Origin: a virus
Lineage: Duplodnaviria > Caudoviricetes
Virus record (IMG/VR): IMGVR_UViG_3300036857_000138
Location: 1-50,004 of that record
Reading direction: 5' to 3' (one strand)
Length of the DNA stretch: 50,004 nt
This document shows positions 1 through 9,127 of this stretch, piece by piece. The notes below the pieces were generated by a model. That model had not been told where the DNA came from. It did not search any database and worked only from the letters and a program-made list of their open reading frames with translations. The translations under genes were made by a program, and so were the position numbers. Position 1 is the stretch's first letter. Every line of letters starts with the position of its first letter.

Positions 1-151
1 TCGCACCCCGTCGCAGGCCGCCGGGACGATCGGCTCGCCGAGGCCCGTCGCCCGGATCACGCGGGTCGTCTTGATCACGTCGCCGCCGTCGAGGGTGACG
101 CTCGACGAGTCGCAGGCCGTGACCCGGCGGCCGACGAGGACCTTCGCCGTC
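1..151. repeat. Terminal direct repeat, left copy (circular assembly overlap)
   Basis: 1..151 matches 49854..50004 except at positions 127 and 142. Confidence 0.97.
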
Positions 152-666
152 ATCATCAGCGTCGCCCGGATCGAGAACGCGAGCGCCGAGTTCGGCTGAT
201 ACTCGTCGCCGCTCAAGTCGGCCGGTTGCACGACCGCCCCCGGCAGGACGTTCAAGGACTCGGCCCGCCCCGGTATCCCGAGGCCGCCCGGCCGGTTGCG
301 CGAGTTCAAGTAGAAGGTCGCCGAGCGGCTCGTCGCCAGCGCCCCCCCGACCCGATCGGTGGCCTCGATCACGAGCGGTTTCGGGTATCCCATCTTGGCC
401 CGAACCGCGCAGTAGATCGCCGCGTGCAGGCCGCCGCCTACGACGATTTCCGGGGCCGTCCTCGGGACCGTCGTCTCGGCCCAGCAGCGGTCAAGCTCGC
501 GGTCGAATCGCTCGGTGGCGACCGGGTCGATGGCGATCCCGGCGAGCTTCGCCGCGAGCGGCGTCTCGAACTCGGTCGCCCGCTCGGTCATCGCCTCGAC
601 GCTCGGCCGCTGGCTCAACGATGCGAGGACCGGACGCATCCGGTCGGGGGGTCTATTCTCTGACAT
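1..666 (-). CDS. FAD/NAD(P)-dependent oxidoreductase (class B flavoprotein monooxygenase-like), N-terminal half; continues across the junction into 49853..49167 (450 aa total)
   Basis: ATG at 666 after ACGGAAGGAA; translation gives EIVVGGGLHAAIY (FAD Rossmann motif), LVIEATDRVGG and VIRATG; in frame with the ORF at the right end; missed by the ORF track because it runs off the edge. Confidence 0.8.
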   Translation of the reverse strand, partial: MSENRPPDRMRPVLASLSQRPSVEAMTERATEFETPLAAKLAGIAIDPVATERFDRELDRCWAETTVPRTAPEIVVGGGLHAAIYCAVRAKMGYPKPLVIEATDRVGGALATSRSATFYLNSRNRPGGLGIPGRAESLNVLPGAVVQPADLSGDEYQPNSALAFSIRATLMMTAKVLVGRRVTACDSSSVTLDGGDVIKTTRVIRATGLGEPIVPAACDGVR

Positions 667-772
667 GGCACTCGTTCCTTCCGTGGGTTCGTGGGTGCAG
701 CGAGGGGGTTAGGGCGGTCCGGCCCGGCCCCCTCTTCGGTTTCCGATCGCAAACTAACACGTTGCCGACCGT

Positions 773-1147
773 TCATGTTGGGCGTTCGCCTCGACTCTCG
801 AACCGCCATTGCGAGACGAGGTTCTCGTCCTTGACCTCGTGGGCGTGCAAGACGAACTCGTGGACGTTGACCCACCACGACTTCGGCGGGATCGGCAGGC
901 AGAACGGGACGCCCGGACGTAGCTCGTGAATGACCTCGGCGAAGACTGCCCACGGCGGCAGGTGCGTCTCGTTCGAGACTGAGACGTGCCAGCGCTCGTC
1001 GGGCACGTCGCGCTCGGCGGCGATGTTCTCGCGGTTGACGATCGCCCGGTACGTCTCACCGTCGATTTTCAACTCCCAGCAGCGGGCCTCGGGCATCGCC
1101 GCCCGGATGATCTCCGGCAGGGCCGCCGGACGCTTTCGCTGGATCAC
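773..1147 (-). CDS. Hypothetical phage protein (WHVSVS...PW...VNVHxxxLH motif)
   Basis: Coupled by GTGA overlap; His-containing motif pattern typical of small phage proteins. Confidence 0.7.
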   Translation of the reverse strand: MIQRKRPAALPEIIRAAMPEARCWELKIDGETYRAIVNRENIAAERDVPDERWHVSVSNETHLPPWAVFAEVIHELRPGVPFCLPIPPKSWWVNVHEFVLHAHEVKDENLVSQWRFESRGERPT

Positions 1148-1359
1148 TCGAACTCGCCCCTCACGTTGCCGACGAGCTTCGCCAGGTCACGGCCGAGGCC
1201 GTCCTCGTCGGATGACAGGACGATCGACTCGACCCGCGTCACGACCGCCAGCGCCCCTTCGGCGAAGGCCTCGCGCTCAAGCCTTGCGATGTTCGTCGCG
1301 GCCTGCGAGCGGCGGCGGCGCTGCTCGATCAATCGCCGGGTCTTCGGGTCCTCGTTCAT
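1144..1359 (-). CDS. Hypothetical protein
   Basis: ATGA overlap with upstream stop; shares AFxxGALAV motif with 8921..9127. Confidence 0.65.
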   Translation of the reverse strand: MNEDPKTRRLIEQRRRRSQAATNIARLEREAFAEGALAVVTRVESIVLSSDEDGLGRDLAKLVGNVRGEFE

Positions 1360-1649
1360 GCCGACGTGATCTCGACGTTGAACGCCGTCAGCGGCCGGTT
1401 CGGCTTGCCGTCCCACGGCCGCCGAGGCTGGGTCTTCGAGACGAGCCGCCAGGTCCGATGCCAGGACTCGAACGAGTAGCGGGTCGCCTCGGCCTCGAAC
1501 GGCGTCGTGATCAGGTGGATACGGTGCGGCCCGAGCCGCTCGACGAGCAGGTCGCCGTCCGGCCGGTACTCGACGACGTACTCGCCGTCGAACGGGGTCG
1601 GCTGGCCGTTGGCGAAGCCGACGATTTTGGCGATCACCGGCCCGGTCAT
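1356..1649 (-). CDS. Hypothetical protein
   Basis: 4-bp overlaps at both ends; protein-like composition. Confidence 0.7.
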   Translation of the reverse strand: MTGPVIAKIVGFANGQPTPFDGEYVVEYRPDGDLLVERLGPHRIHLITTPFEAEATRYSFESWHRTWRLVSKTQPRRPWDGKPNRPLTAFNVEITSA

Positions 1650-1867
1650 ATCCGTCGCCGCACGATCTCGACCGAGGCCGCCTCGCCTTTGCGGGTCAGC
1701 GCCGCGCAGTAGCCGCCGTCGCCATCGGGCGTAACGCGGCTGGCGAGGCCCCGGTTCCGCAGGCCGACGAGGGTCGCCTTGTACTCGGCCCGGACGATCC
1801 CGTCAGGATGCGCGTCGGCGAGGGCATCGACCATTCGGACCGATAGATGCTTGCCGCCGACGTTCAT
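1646..1867 (-). CDS. Hypothetical protein, possible winged helix
   Basis: ATLVGLRNRGLA...ALTRKG pattern; coupled overlaps. Confidence 0.6.
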   Translation of the reverse strand: MNVGGKHLSVRMVDALADAHPDGIVRAEYKATLVGLRNRGLASRVTPDGDGGYCAALTRKGEAASVEIVRRRI

Positions 1868-2160
1868 ACGCCGCGCTCGGTTCTCGCCTCGCGGACGGCG
1901 CGGTCGGCCCGCTCGCGGCGTTCGGCTTTATGCTCGCGGTCGATCCGCCGCTGCTCGGCGTGGAACGCGGCCCAGTCGAACCCGGCATCGTCGAGAATCG
2001 CCCGGCCTTCGGCGACGAGCGTCGATCTGATCCGGGTCGTGTAGGTCGTCGGCTTGGCCGGTGGCCCGCCAGGCCCCAGCAGCGCGTCCAGCGCCCAGCG
2101 TGCGAGCCGTTCTTCGGTCTTCCGGCCCCAGACCTGCCCCGGCGTCCCCTCGGCGCTCAC
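1864..2160 (-). CDS. Hypothetical protein
   Basis: 4-bp coupled overlaps at both ends. Confidence 0.65.
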   Translation of the reverse strand: MSAEGTPGQVWGRKTEERLARWALDALLGPGGPPAKPTTYTTRIRSTLVAEGRAILDDAGFDWAAFHAEQRRIDREHKAERRERADRAVREARTERGV

Positions 2161-2792
2161 GGTAGCTCACACGCCTCGACGACGGCCTCTCTCGCCTCGT
2201 CGCGGACCTGCTCGGACCAGTCGGCGACGGCCTGCTCGTAGGCCTCGATGGCGGCGTCTTCGTCGTCCTCGTCCTCGAACTCGTCACGCTCCGGCGGGTC
2301 GGTGTAGGACGGTTCCCACGATTCAATATCGTCGGCCTGCCCTTCGATCGTTTCGCCTTTCTCGACCAGTTCTTCGGACTGATAGGTCGCGTTGCCGAAC
2401 CCCTCTTCGATGTTCTGGCCCGATTCGGTGTAGCCCTCGCCCGCCTCGCGGACGCCCTCGGCGGCCTGCTGGACGATCGCCGTGATCTCGTCGGCGAAGG
2501 TGTCCGCCGTCTCGACCTTGAACTCGGCGGCGTCGAGTTCGGCCAGGACCGTTTCTTCGGTCATCATCATCGCCTGAATATGGGGCGAGGTCGTCTGGTA
2601 CTCCCACGGCTTCGGAGCGCACCCCGGCTTCGTGCAGCGGTTGCGCCGGAATGACATGCGGCCCTGTTTGTTGGCCCACCAGATGTAGGGATCGCCCGGC
2701 TTGATCTTGTCGCCGCACGAGCCGCAGGTGAGGTTGCCGTCCTCGGTCTTCGAGGTCCCCCGGAACGAGGCGACGCGGTTGAGGCGAGCCAT
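2157..2792 (-). CDS. Zinc-finger protein with acidic helical C-terminus
   Basis: CGSC...IKPGDPYIWW...CTKPGC followed by an Asp/Glu-rich region. Confidence 0.75.
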   Translation of the reverse strand: MARLNRVASFRGTSKTEDGNLTCGSCGDKIKPGDPYIWWANKQGRMSFRRNRCTKPGCAPKPWEYQTTSPHIQAMMMTEETVLAELDAAEFKVETADTFADEITAIVQQAAEGVREAGEGYTESGQNIEEGFGNATYQSEELVEKGETIEGQADDIESWEPSYTDPPERDEFEDEDDEDAAIEAYEQAVADWSEQVRDEAREAVVEACELP

Positions 2793-3409
2793 CAGGCCCG
2801 CCCCCCCGCATCGACCTCGACCGTCCCGATCGGGGCCGGGTCAACCTCGGCCCGGACCTGCTCGGCCGCCTCGTCATCGGCGGCCTGCCGCTCGGTCGCG
2901 TCTGAGATCGCGTCGCTGACGGCCCCTTTGAGGCCGTAGCGGTCGATCGCCCACTCGTCTTCGAGCGCTTTCTGCTCCGAGTAGAGGGCCGACTGCTGCT
3001 CTTTCAGCGAGGTCATCTTGTCGAAGGCCTCGTCCGGCGTCTCCGGCTTGAAGGCGTCGGTCCGCCGCTCGATCTGCTCGGCCTGCTCGCGGCCGCGCCG
3101 GATCACTCGGGCCAGGACCGCGCCGGTCCCGGCGTGTATGCCGGTGGCGACCCCGTAGCTGCCGTCGCGGAGCCTGAACGGGACCTCGACCTTGACCTTG
3201 CGCTTCGCCAGGACGGTACGCGCCCGGCTCTTCGCCTCGTCGAGGGTGCCCTCGGCGGCGTAGCCGAGCCGCTCCGGTTCCCGGCGGCCGCCCTCTTGCG
3301 AGGTCGTGATTTCCCACGCCCCGCGAGCGTTCGCCAGGATTTCGACCTCGACCCCGGCGATCGTGTCGGTGCCGACGATCTGCATCTTGTTCGTTCCAGT
3401 CCTGCTCAT
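2792..3409 (-). CDS. Hypothetical protein
   Basis: GAGGAAGGG SD upstream; TGATG overlap downstream. Confidence 0.75.
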   Translation of the reverse strand: MSRTGTNKMQIVGTDTIAGVEVEILANARGAWEITTSQEGGRREPERLGYAAEGTLDEAKSRARTVLAKRKVKVEVPFRLRDGSYGVATGIHAGTGAVLARVIRRGREQAEQIERRTDAFKPETPDEAFDKMTSLKEQQSALYSEQKALEDEWAIDRYGLKGAVSDAISDATERQAADDEAAEQVRAEVDPAPIGTVEVDAGGRA

Positions 3410-3434
3410 TGATCAATCACCCCTTCCTCGTTGC

Positions 3435-4373
3435 TTATGCCGCCAGCGGAGCCGCATCGCCGAAGGCGACCGCTTCGCTGGCCCGTTCTGCCTCGATCTC
3501 CGCTTCGGCTTCGGCCTGATCGGCGAAGGCCCGCCGGACGGCCTCTTCAAGCCGCCCGGCAAGCTCGTCGATTTTGCCGAGGTCGTGACGGAGGGTTTCG
3601 AGGCCCTTGTCATCCTTCGCCCATCCGGCGATGTACGGCAGGCTCGCCGCGCCGGTGTCGAAGCCGAAGGCGTCGAGCGCGACCGTCGTAGCGGCCTCGA
3701 CGATGACCTCGGCCCGCTCGCGGCCGAACTCGGCGTAGCCGACTCCGAGCGCGTGGGCGATCTCGTGGGTCAGGACCCGGACCTGCTCGTCGGCGCTGAC
3801 CTCCGAGCCGACGACGATCAGCTTGCGAGTCGGGTCGCAGTAGCCGCCGCAGGCCCGCTCGGAGAGGTCCTCGAACCGGACCTCGAACCCGATTTCGTCG
3901 GCGAGGCGAAGCAGTCCGGCCTTGCAGCCCTCGTGATCCTCACCGGCGATCGACCCCTGCTCGGGGGCCTCGGGAAGGGCCTCGCCCTCGGTCTGGGAAA
4001 CGTCGAAGACGCGGACGATCTTGAAGAAAATCCGATACTTCTCGTTGCCCTGCTCGTCGAGCTTGACCTTGCCGTCGTCGTCGCGGTCCTTGACCTTGAT
4101 CGGGGCGAAGATCGCAATGCCTTCGGCACCCTTGACGACCTGCCGGTCGAGCTTTTTCTGCCAGGTCTTGTACCCGGCGACCTGCGTCGCGTACTCGGCC
4201 GTCCGCTCGCCGTTGACTTTCGGCGGCTGGAACGCGATCAGGATTTGATTGTTGATCGAGTAGTCGTGGAACGCCTTGCGGGTACGGACCCAGCGGGCGA
4301 AGCCCTCGGTGTCCATGATCTCGCGGGTCGCGTTCTCTAGCTCTTCGATCTGCTGCTTGCGCTTCTCGGTCAT
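3435..4373 (-). CDS. ardC: ArdC-like ssDNA-binding / zincin metallopeptidase antirestriction protein
   Basis: FHDYSINNQILI, VAGYKTW..LDRQVVKG, VFDVSQTEG (ArdC N-domain) and HEIAH...E (zincin); start moved to the ATG after AAAGGGA. Confidence 0.85.
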   Translation of the reverse strand: MTEKRKQQIEELENATREIMDTEGFARWVRTRKAFHDYSINNQILIAFQPPKVNGERTAEYATQVAGYKTWQKKLDRQVVKGAEGIAIFAPIKVKDRDDDGKVKLDEQGNEKYRIFFKIVRVFDVSQTEGEALPEAPEQGSIAGEDHEGCKAGLLRLADEIGFEVRFEDLSERACGGYCDPTRKLIVVGSEVSADEQVRVLTHEIAHALGVGYAEFGRERAEVIVEAATTVALDAFGFDTGAASLPYIAGWAKDDKGLETLRHDLGKIDELAGRLEEAVRRAFADQAEAEAEIEAERASEAVAFGDAAPLAA

Positions 4374-4395
4374 TTCGGTCCCCTTTCGGGAGTCG

Positions 4396-4444
4396 GGATC
4401 AATCACTTCGAGAAGAGTAGCAGATTCAGTTGCCGATCGGCAAC
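4396..4444 (-). promoter_or_regulatory. Early promoter/operator, copy A
   Basis: Palindrome GTTGCCGATCGGCAAC 4429-4444; TTGCCG-N18-TACTCT; 7 nt; GTGATTGATCC. Confidence 0.85.
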
Positions 4445-4486
4445 CCGAGGCCCCGCCGGTTGGCGAGGCCCCGAGCCGTCGATATT

Positions 4487-4924
4487 TCAGTCGCCCCGGC
4501 CACCGTGATAGTGGCCCGGCGTGACCGACCAGTAGTAGTAGCCGTATTCGTACGGCGACGGCCAGACCGTCACGTAGCCCCAGCCCGAGCAGCAGTCGGT
4601 CGCCCAGAAATACTCGTAGCGATACCGGCTGCCGATCCGCCTCTTGAAATCGAGGCTCTTGTAGTCGGCGTAGTTCCAATGACCGCCCTCGTAGCGGTGC
4701 AACGCCCGAGAGGCGATCCGTTTCATGTAGCCGTTCCCGCCGGACGCGGTCGCGGTCGCCGCCGACGAGCTTGCGCCGCCGACTGCCTTGTTGTCGCCGA
4801 CCCCGACGCCGCCGTTGCCGTGGCGATGCGGGTGCCGGTGATGATGGCCCGCCAGCGCCGCCGCCGGGACCGCCAGGGCCACGGTGACGACGAGCGCGAG
4901 CAGGACTGCTTTGATCGTGTTCAT
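4487..4924 (-). CDS. Secreted protein with signal peptide and His-rich segment
   Basis: MNTIKAVLLALVVTVALAVPAAALA then GHHHRHPHRHG; strong SD ACGGAAGGAAG. Confidence 0.75.
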   Translation of the reverse strand: MNTIKAVLLALVVTVALAVPAAALAGHHHRHPHRHGNGGVGVGDNKAVGGASSSAATATASGGNGYMKRIASRALHRYEGGHWNYADYKSLDFKRRIGSRYRYEYFWATDCCSGWGYVTVWPSPYEYGYYYWSVTPGHYHGGRGD

Positions 4925-4972
4925 GCTGCTTCCTTCCGTTGTTGGATCAGTCGTGATCGGTGGGTTGAAGAT

Positions 4973-5161
4973 TCAGCCTCGGCCGGTGCCGAGGACGAAG
5001 ACCGAGGTCGGGATCGGCCGGACCTTGATCCGGCTGACCCGCCGAGCTTCGAGGATGCGGGCGACCGCTTCGGCCACGTCGCCCGCGTCCCCTTCGACGT
5101 ACTCGGTCAGCGAGGCCGCCGCCGGTAGGTCGATCTGGATTTCGTAGTGGCGACCGTTCAC
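4973..5161 (-). CDS. Small hypothetical protein
   Basis: GTGA overlap with upstream stop at 5158. Confidence 0.55.
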   Translation of the reverse strand: MNGRHYEIQIDLPAAASLTEYVEGDAGDVAEAVARILEARRVSRIKVRPIPTSVFVLGTGRG

Positions 5162-6138
5162 TCGGCCGCCACCTTCGGGGTCAGGACCGACGATTTTGTC
5201 GGCCGCTTGAAGAACCCGAACGCCTCGTCGTCGTCGGAGCGCTCGACCCGGCACGCGAACGTGACGATCGAGCCGACCGCCTCGTAGGCCTCGACGAGTT
5301 GAACGTCCTCGGCCCGGTAGGCCGCGTCGGCGGTGGAGACGATCGCTTCGCCGCCGTCCGGGTAGCGGAGCTTGACGCCGGGGTCGAGGATCGCGTCGGG
5401 GCAGGTGCCCCAGACCTTGAACCCGCGCTCGTCGCGGACGACCATCTTGTAGCTGCCGCCGAACTGCGAGTCGCGCCACTTGACCGAGAGGACCTCGCCC
5501 TTGATCACGGCGCGGTCGTTGAGGACCTCGGCCGGGATCGGTGAAGCAGCGGCGTCTTCCTCGGCCCGCTTCGCCTCGAACTCGGCCTGCCGGGCGATGA
5601 TCTTCTCGACGGCCGCCGTCTGCTTCTCGGTCAGGTAGCCGTAGCGGATCATCTTCGCCCGCAGGTCGAGCAGGAAGTCGGCGGTCCGGCCGACGTTGAT
5701 CTCGCCTTCGTACACGCCCTCAAGGAACGCGACGACCTTCGGGTTCGCGGCGGTGTATTCCTCGACGATCCGGCGGGTCGCTTCGGCTTCGCGCTCGGCC
5801 CGGACCCGCTTCGCGGCGAGCATCGCCTGCCGCGTCTCGAACGTCGCCTTTTCGGCGCAGTCGATGCCGAGGACGATGACCTCGCCGGTCGCCTCGTGCA
5901 GGTAGAAGTAGCGGTGGCGAAGCGGACGGTGCCCGCACATATCGCAACCGCCGGGGTGAATCTCGTTGACCCGGTCGGTCGGGACCGGGGCCTCGCCCTC
6001 GTCGAGTCGGCGGAACATCGGGCCGTCCGAGAGGGGCGGAACTGCGGAGTCGCCGTCGTCGGTGTAGCCGACCCAGCGGTAGTCGGCCGGGTTGAACTCG
6101 CTCGGCCGGTGAACGTCGGTGCGCGTCTGCTGCTGCAT
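5158..6138 (-). CDS. Zn-ribbon plus OB-fold-like nucleic-acid-binding protein
   Basis: CDMCGH...H...GIDCA; C-terminal IKGEVLSVKWRDSQFGGSYKMVV beta-strand pattern. Confidence 0.7.
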   Translation of the reverse strand: MQQQTRTDVHRPSEFNPADYRWVGYTDDGDSAVPPLSDGPMFRRLDEGEAPVPTDRVNEIHPGGCDMCGHRPLRHRYFYLHEATGEVIVLGIDCAEKATFETRQAMLAAKRVRAEREAEATRRIVEEYTAANPKVVAFLEGVYEGEINVGRTADFLLDLRAKMIRYGYLTEKQTAAVEKIIARQAEFEAKRAEEDAAASPIPAEVLNDRAVIKGEVLSVKWRDSQFGGSYKMVVRDERGFKVWGTCPDAILDPGVKLRYPDGGEAIVSTADAAYRAEDVQLVEAYEAVGSIVTFACRVERSDDDEAFGFFKRPTKSSVLTPKVAAE

Positions 6139-6157
6139 AGCTGCCTCTTTCTTCGTG

Positions 6158-6206
6158 GGATCAATCACTACGGGAAATGTAGCAGAAACGGTTGCCGATC
6201 GGCAAC
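6158..6206 (-). promoter_or_regulatory. Early promoter/operator, copy B
   Basis: Palindrome 6191-6206; TTGCCG-N18-TACATT; 7 nt; GTGATTGATCC. Confidence 0.85.
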
Positions 6207-6343
6207 TCGGGGGGCGAGGCGGCTCGGGGAAACCCCGGCGATCAACCCGGCGTCGTGCCCTGTTTTCGCCGCCCGCGATCGCTGCTCAAGCCGACCGCGT
6301 TTCGCCCTCCACCTATACCGGCACCGGATCGGGCCGGACTGGC

Positions 6344-6844
6344 TCAGAGGGCGGTCAGTTCGACGATCGCCCGCTCGGCTTCGCCCGGCAGGCCGAACCG
6401 CTTGACCCCGAGCCAGGAGACGACGCGGGCGTCATTCGTCACGGCGACGCCGGTGATCCCGTCCCAAATTGCGCGGTCGAGCTTGTCGCCATCGGCCCGG
6501 AATATCGGATAGCGCGGTGCCCCCTTACGGGGTGTCCGGCCATCGACCTTGAGTTCGGAGTCGTGGCGGGCGAAGACGTAGATCACGGCGAGGAAGACGG
6601 GGCCGTCGATCGGCTCGGTCAGCCAGTCCGGCAGTTGCTCGCGGGCCTGATCGGCGACGGCTTTGCGCCAGCGCCGGAGCGCGGTCGCGTTCGAGGCCTT
6701 CACTTTCGCCCGGCCGTCGCGGCGGTCGATGAACGGCACCATCGACCCCTGCGGTTCGGGGTGCCCGAGGACCTCGAACCGCCAGGTCGGGCCGCAGGTG
6801 ATCTCGCCGGGGTCCGGCGTCTCTAAGAGGGCGGTCTGCATCAT
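6344..6844 (-). CDS. rusA: RusA family Holliday junction resolvase
   Basis: GHPEPQGS, DGDKLDRAIWDGITG, NDARV motifs. Confidence 0.9.
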   Translation of the reverse strand: MMQTALLETPDPGEITCGPTWRFEVLGHPEPQGSMVPFIDRRDGRAKVKASNATALRRWRKAVADQAREQLPDWLTEPIDGPVFLAVIYVFARHDSELKVDGRTPRKGAPRYPIFRADGDKLDRAIWDGITGVAVTNDARVVSWLGVKRFGLPGEAERAIVELTAL

Positions 6845-6882
6845 CGCCAGGATGACGCGCCGACCGGCGGCAAACCGGACGG

Positions 6883-7089
6883 CTACAGGGGATTCGCATC
6901 TACGGCGACGATTACCCCTTCGCTCGTCTCGTCCAAACCGACCAGCGGCCCGCCGCGCTCGGTCCAGTCGGCGGGCAGGGTCAGGACCCCGGCTTTCGTC
7001 CATTTTCCACCGCCGTTCTCGGTGGCGAAGACCTCGGCGAACGCGAGGTCGTTGTTGCGGCCTTCGAGCCGCAGTTTCAAGAGCCTCAC
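6883..7089 (-). CDS. Hypothetical protein
   Basis: GTGA overlap. Confidence 0.55.
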   Translation of the reverse strand: MRLLKLRLEGRNNDLAFAEVFATENGGGKWTKAGVLTLPADWTERGGPLVGLDETSEGVIVAVDANPL

Positions 7090-7397
7090 GATGCCGGGTT
7101 CTCGCCGCTCGGCTCGGCCGCGCCGGGACCCTCGCGGGCGACCTCCCAGATTCGCATCGTCTTCGCCTTGAGCGATCGCATCTGCCAGTAGGAGACGGGG
7201 ACGGCGACGAGGGTCAGGGTGTCGCCGGGGATCGTGTCGGCGGCCTGCTCGACGGCGTCGTTCGGGTTGCCCGCCTCGAAGTCGCCGACCACGTCGTAGG
7301 TCATCCGTTGATCGCCCTCGCCGAAGGCCTCGGCGCTCGGCGGGATCGGCCGCAGGACCCGGTAGATCGTCGGTTTCTTCGTCGATTTTTCAGCCAT
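7086..7397 (-). CDS. Hypothetical protein
   Basis: SD ACGGAAGGGAG before ATG 7397. Confidence 0.7.
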   Translation of the reverse strand: MAEKSTKKPTIYRVLRPIPPSAEAFGEGDQRMTYDVVGDFEAGNPNDAVEQAADTIPGDTLTLVAVPVSYWQMRSLKAKTMRIWEVAREGPGAAEPSGENPAS

Positions 7398-7680
7398 TGC
7401 TAGGACTCCCTTCCGTGGGGTAGAGGCCATCGGTGACGGCCCTGATCGCCGCCCGAGTCTCGGGGTCGCCGAGGTCGATCGGTTTGCGCTTGCGGGGGAT
7501 CGCCCCCCGCTCGACGAGTTTCAGTTCCTCCATGCAGCCATTGCAGACGACGACGCCGGTCCGCTGGCGCAGGGCGATCGTGTTCGTGCCGCCCTGCTCG
7601 CGGTCCTGATCCCAGCCCCGGACCCGGTGCCAGGCCGTCTTCGGGTAGAGGATCGGCTCGCTGCATCGGTCGCACTTCAC
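7390..7680 (-). CDS. Small zinc-finger protein
   Basis: CDRC...CNGC; GTGA overlap with the exonuclease stop. Confidence 0.65.
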   Translation of the reverse strand: MKCDRCSEPILYPKTAWHRVRGWDQDREQGGTNTIALRQRTGVVVCNGCMEELKLVERGAIPRKRKPIDLGDPETRAAIRAVTDGLYPTEGSPSNG

Positions 7681-8924
7681 TTCGGGCCGACCTTCACTTT
7701 CTCGAAGCCGACCCCCTCGGTCCGCTTGTAGAAGTCGGCGGGGTTGACCTCGTCGCCGCCGAGCTTGGCCGCCTCGATCGCCTCGAAGAGGCCGGTCTTG
7801 TCGAGTTCCTCGCGCTGGGTCGGGACGAAGACGTAGGCGAGGTCGCGGCCGATCCGCACGCCCTTCTCGCCGTCGCCGAGGTCGAGGGCCTCGGGGTCGG
7901 ACTCGGCCAGCCGTTCGGCGGCTTTCTTGACTCGGCGTTTCAGGACTTTCGCCCGCTCGCCCATGAACCACGCCGACGCGGCCGCCCGCTCAAGGGCCTC
8001 GATCGAGTCAAGCTGGGCATGTTGGGCCTCGGGCCGCAGGATGCGCGGCAACGGGCAGGCGAACTCGGCCGGGCATTCGCGGCAATGCGATCCCGGCGTC
8101 GGTTGCCACTTGCCTTCGCCGAGGTTCACGTCGGTCAGCCGTTGCAGTTGCGATTCGAGGTCGAGCTTGAAGTCGAGCAGTTGCGCTCGGGTGATCACCG
8201 CGACCCGGTCGAGCAGCGACCCGGCCCGTAGGTGCCGAGGGAACGCGAGCCGGAGCTTGAACCGCTCGAAGCCGTCGCCGAGGGTCATCCCATCGGGGAA
8301 GGTCCCGAAGGCGACGAGCAGGGCGTATATCTGGGTCTGAAAGTTCCCGGCGAAGAACGGGCGGCCCTCGGGGTCGAAGGCCTGCGTCTTGAAATCGTCG
8401 GGCGGGGCGAACGAGGTTTTGTAGTCGGTGATCTCGATCGTGCCGCCGCCCACGTCCTCGGCCCGGTCGGGATGGCCTTCGATCACGTAGCCCCCGACCT
8501 CTAGCGAGATCGGCGTCTCGATGGCGATCACGGCCTCGGGGTCGAAATACTCGCCGACCGCCCAGTTGCTCACCATGTAGCGGCAGGCGTCGCGCTCGGC
8601 GGCGCTCAGTTGAAGGTTCGGGTGTTCGCGCAGGTAGTCGAGTAGCTCGTCCTTTGCGATCTCGGGCGAGTCGAGCCGCCCTTCGCCATGCTCGACCGCG
8701 AGCCGGGTCAGCCGGGCGATGACCTCGTGAACGATCGCCCCCCGGTTTAGCTCGTGGGACCCGGCCCCGGCGGCGTAGTTCAAGTAGAGCATCGCCGCCC
8801 GGTCGCATCGGTCGTGGGTCCGTAGGAACGTCTGGCTCGGTTGCCATCCCGGCGTGATCAGCGGCCGTTCGGCCTCGTCCACCGGCGGCAGGTCGCGCCA
8901 GTCGATCGTCGTCGTCTCGGTCAT
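7677..8924 (-). CDS. PD-(D/E)XK exonuclease, RecB/Cas4-like
   Basis: C...GAIVH, IEGHPDR, ITDYKT, QxxxY, PTPGSHCRECP...CP Fe-S cysteines; close to the RecT-like gene. Confidence 0.88.
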   Translation of the reverse strand: MTETTTIDWRDLPPVDEAERPLITPGWQPSQTFLRTHDRCDRAAMLYLNYAAGAGSHELNRGAIVHEVIARLTRLAVEHGEGRLDSPEIAKDELLDYLREHPNLQLSAAERDACRYMVSNWAVGEYFDPEAVIAIETPISLEVGGYVIEGHPDRAEDVGGGTIEITDYKTSFAPPDDFKTQAFDPEGRPFFAGNFQTQIYALLVAFGTFPDGMTLGDGFERFKLRLAFPRHLRAGSLLDRVAVITRAQLLDFKLDLESQLQRLTDVNLGEGKWQPTPGSHCRECPAEFACPLPRILRPEAQHAQLDSIEALERAAASAWFMGERAKVLKRRVKKAAERLAESDPEALDLGDGEKGVRIGRDLAYVFVPTQREELDKTGLFEAIEAAKLGGDEVNPADFYKRTEGVGFEKVKVGPK

Positions 8925-9127
8925 CGTGTCTCGATCCCCTCTCGCAGTCGCTCTTCGACTAGCTGGCCCTTGACGATGGCGATCGCGTTGAGCGGTGGCA
9001 CGCCGTCTGAGATCGCCGCCTCGACCGTCTCGATCACCGCCAGCGCCCCGCGCTCGAACGCCGCCGCCTCGACTTCGTGAATCGTCGCCATCAGGCCCCG
9101 GTACACCTTCGCCCTATTCGCTTTCAT
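8921..9127 (-). CDS. Hypothetical protein
   Basis: Coupled overlap; motif shared with 1144..1359. Confidence 0.6.
   Translation of the reverse strand: MKANRAKVYRGLMATIHEVEAAAFERGALAVIETVEAAISDGVPPLNAIAIVKGQLVEERLREGIETR

Noticed and set aside
1-151. Biological terminal repeat
   Set aside because: It falls mid-gene and its 151-bp length fits a read or assembly overlap; true termini cannot be determined from this sequence.
7677-8924. Cas4-like nuclease as part of a CRISPR system
   Set aside because: No repeat-spacer array or other cas genes; it lies near a RecT-like gene, as in ordinary phage recombination modules.
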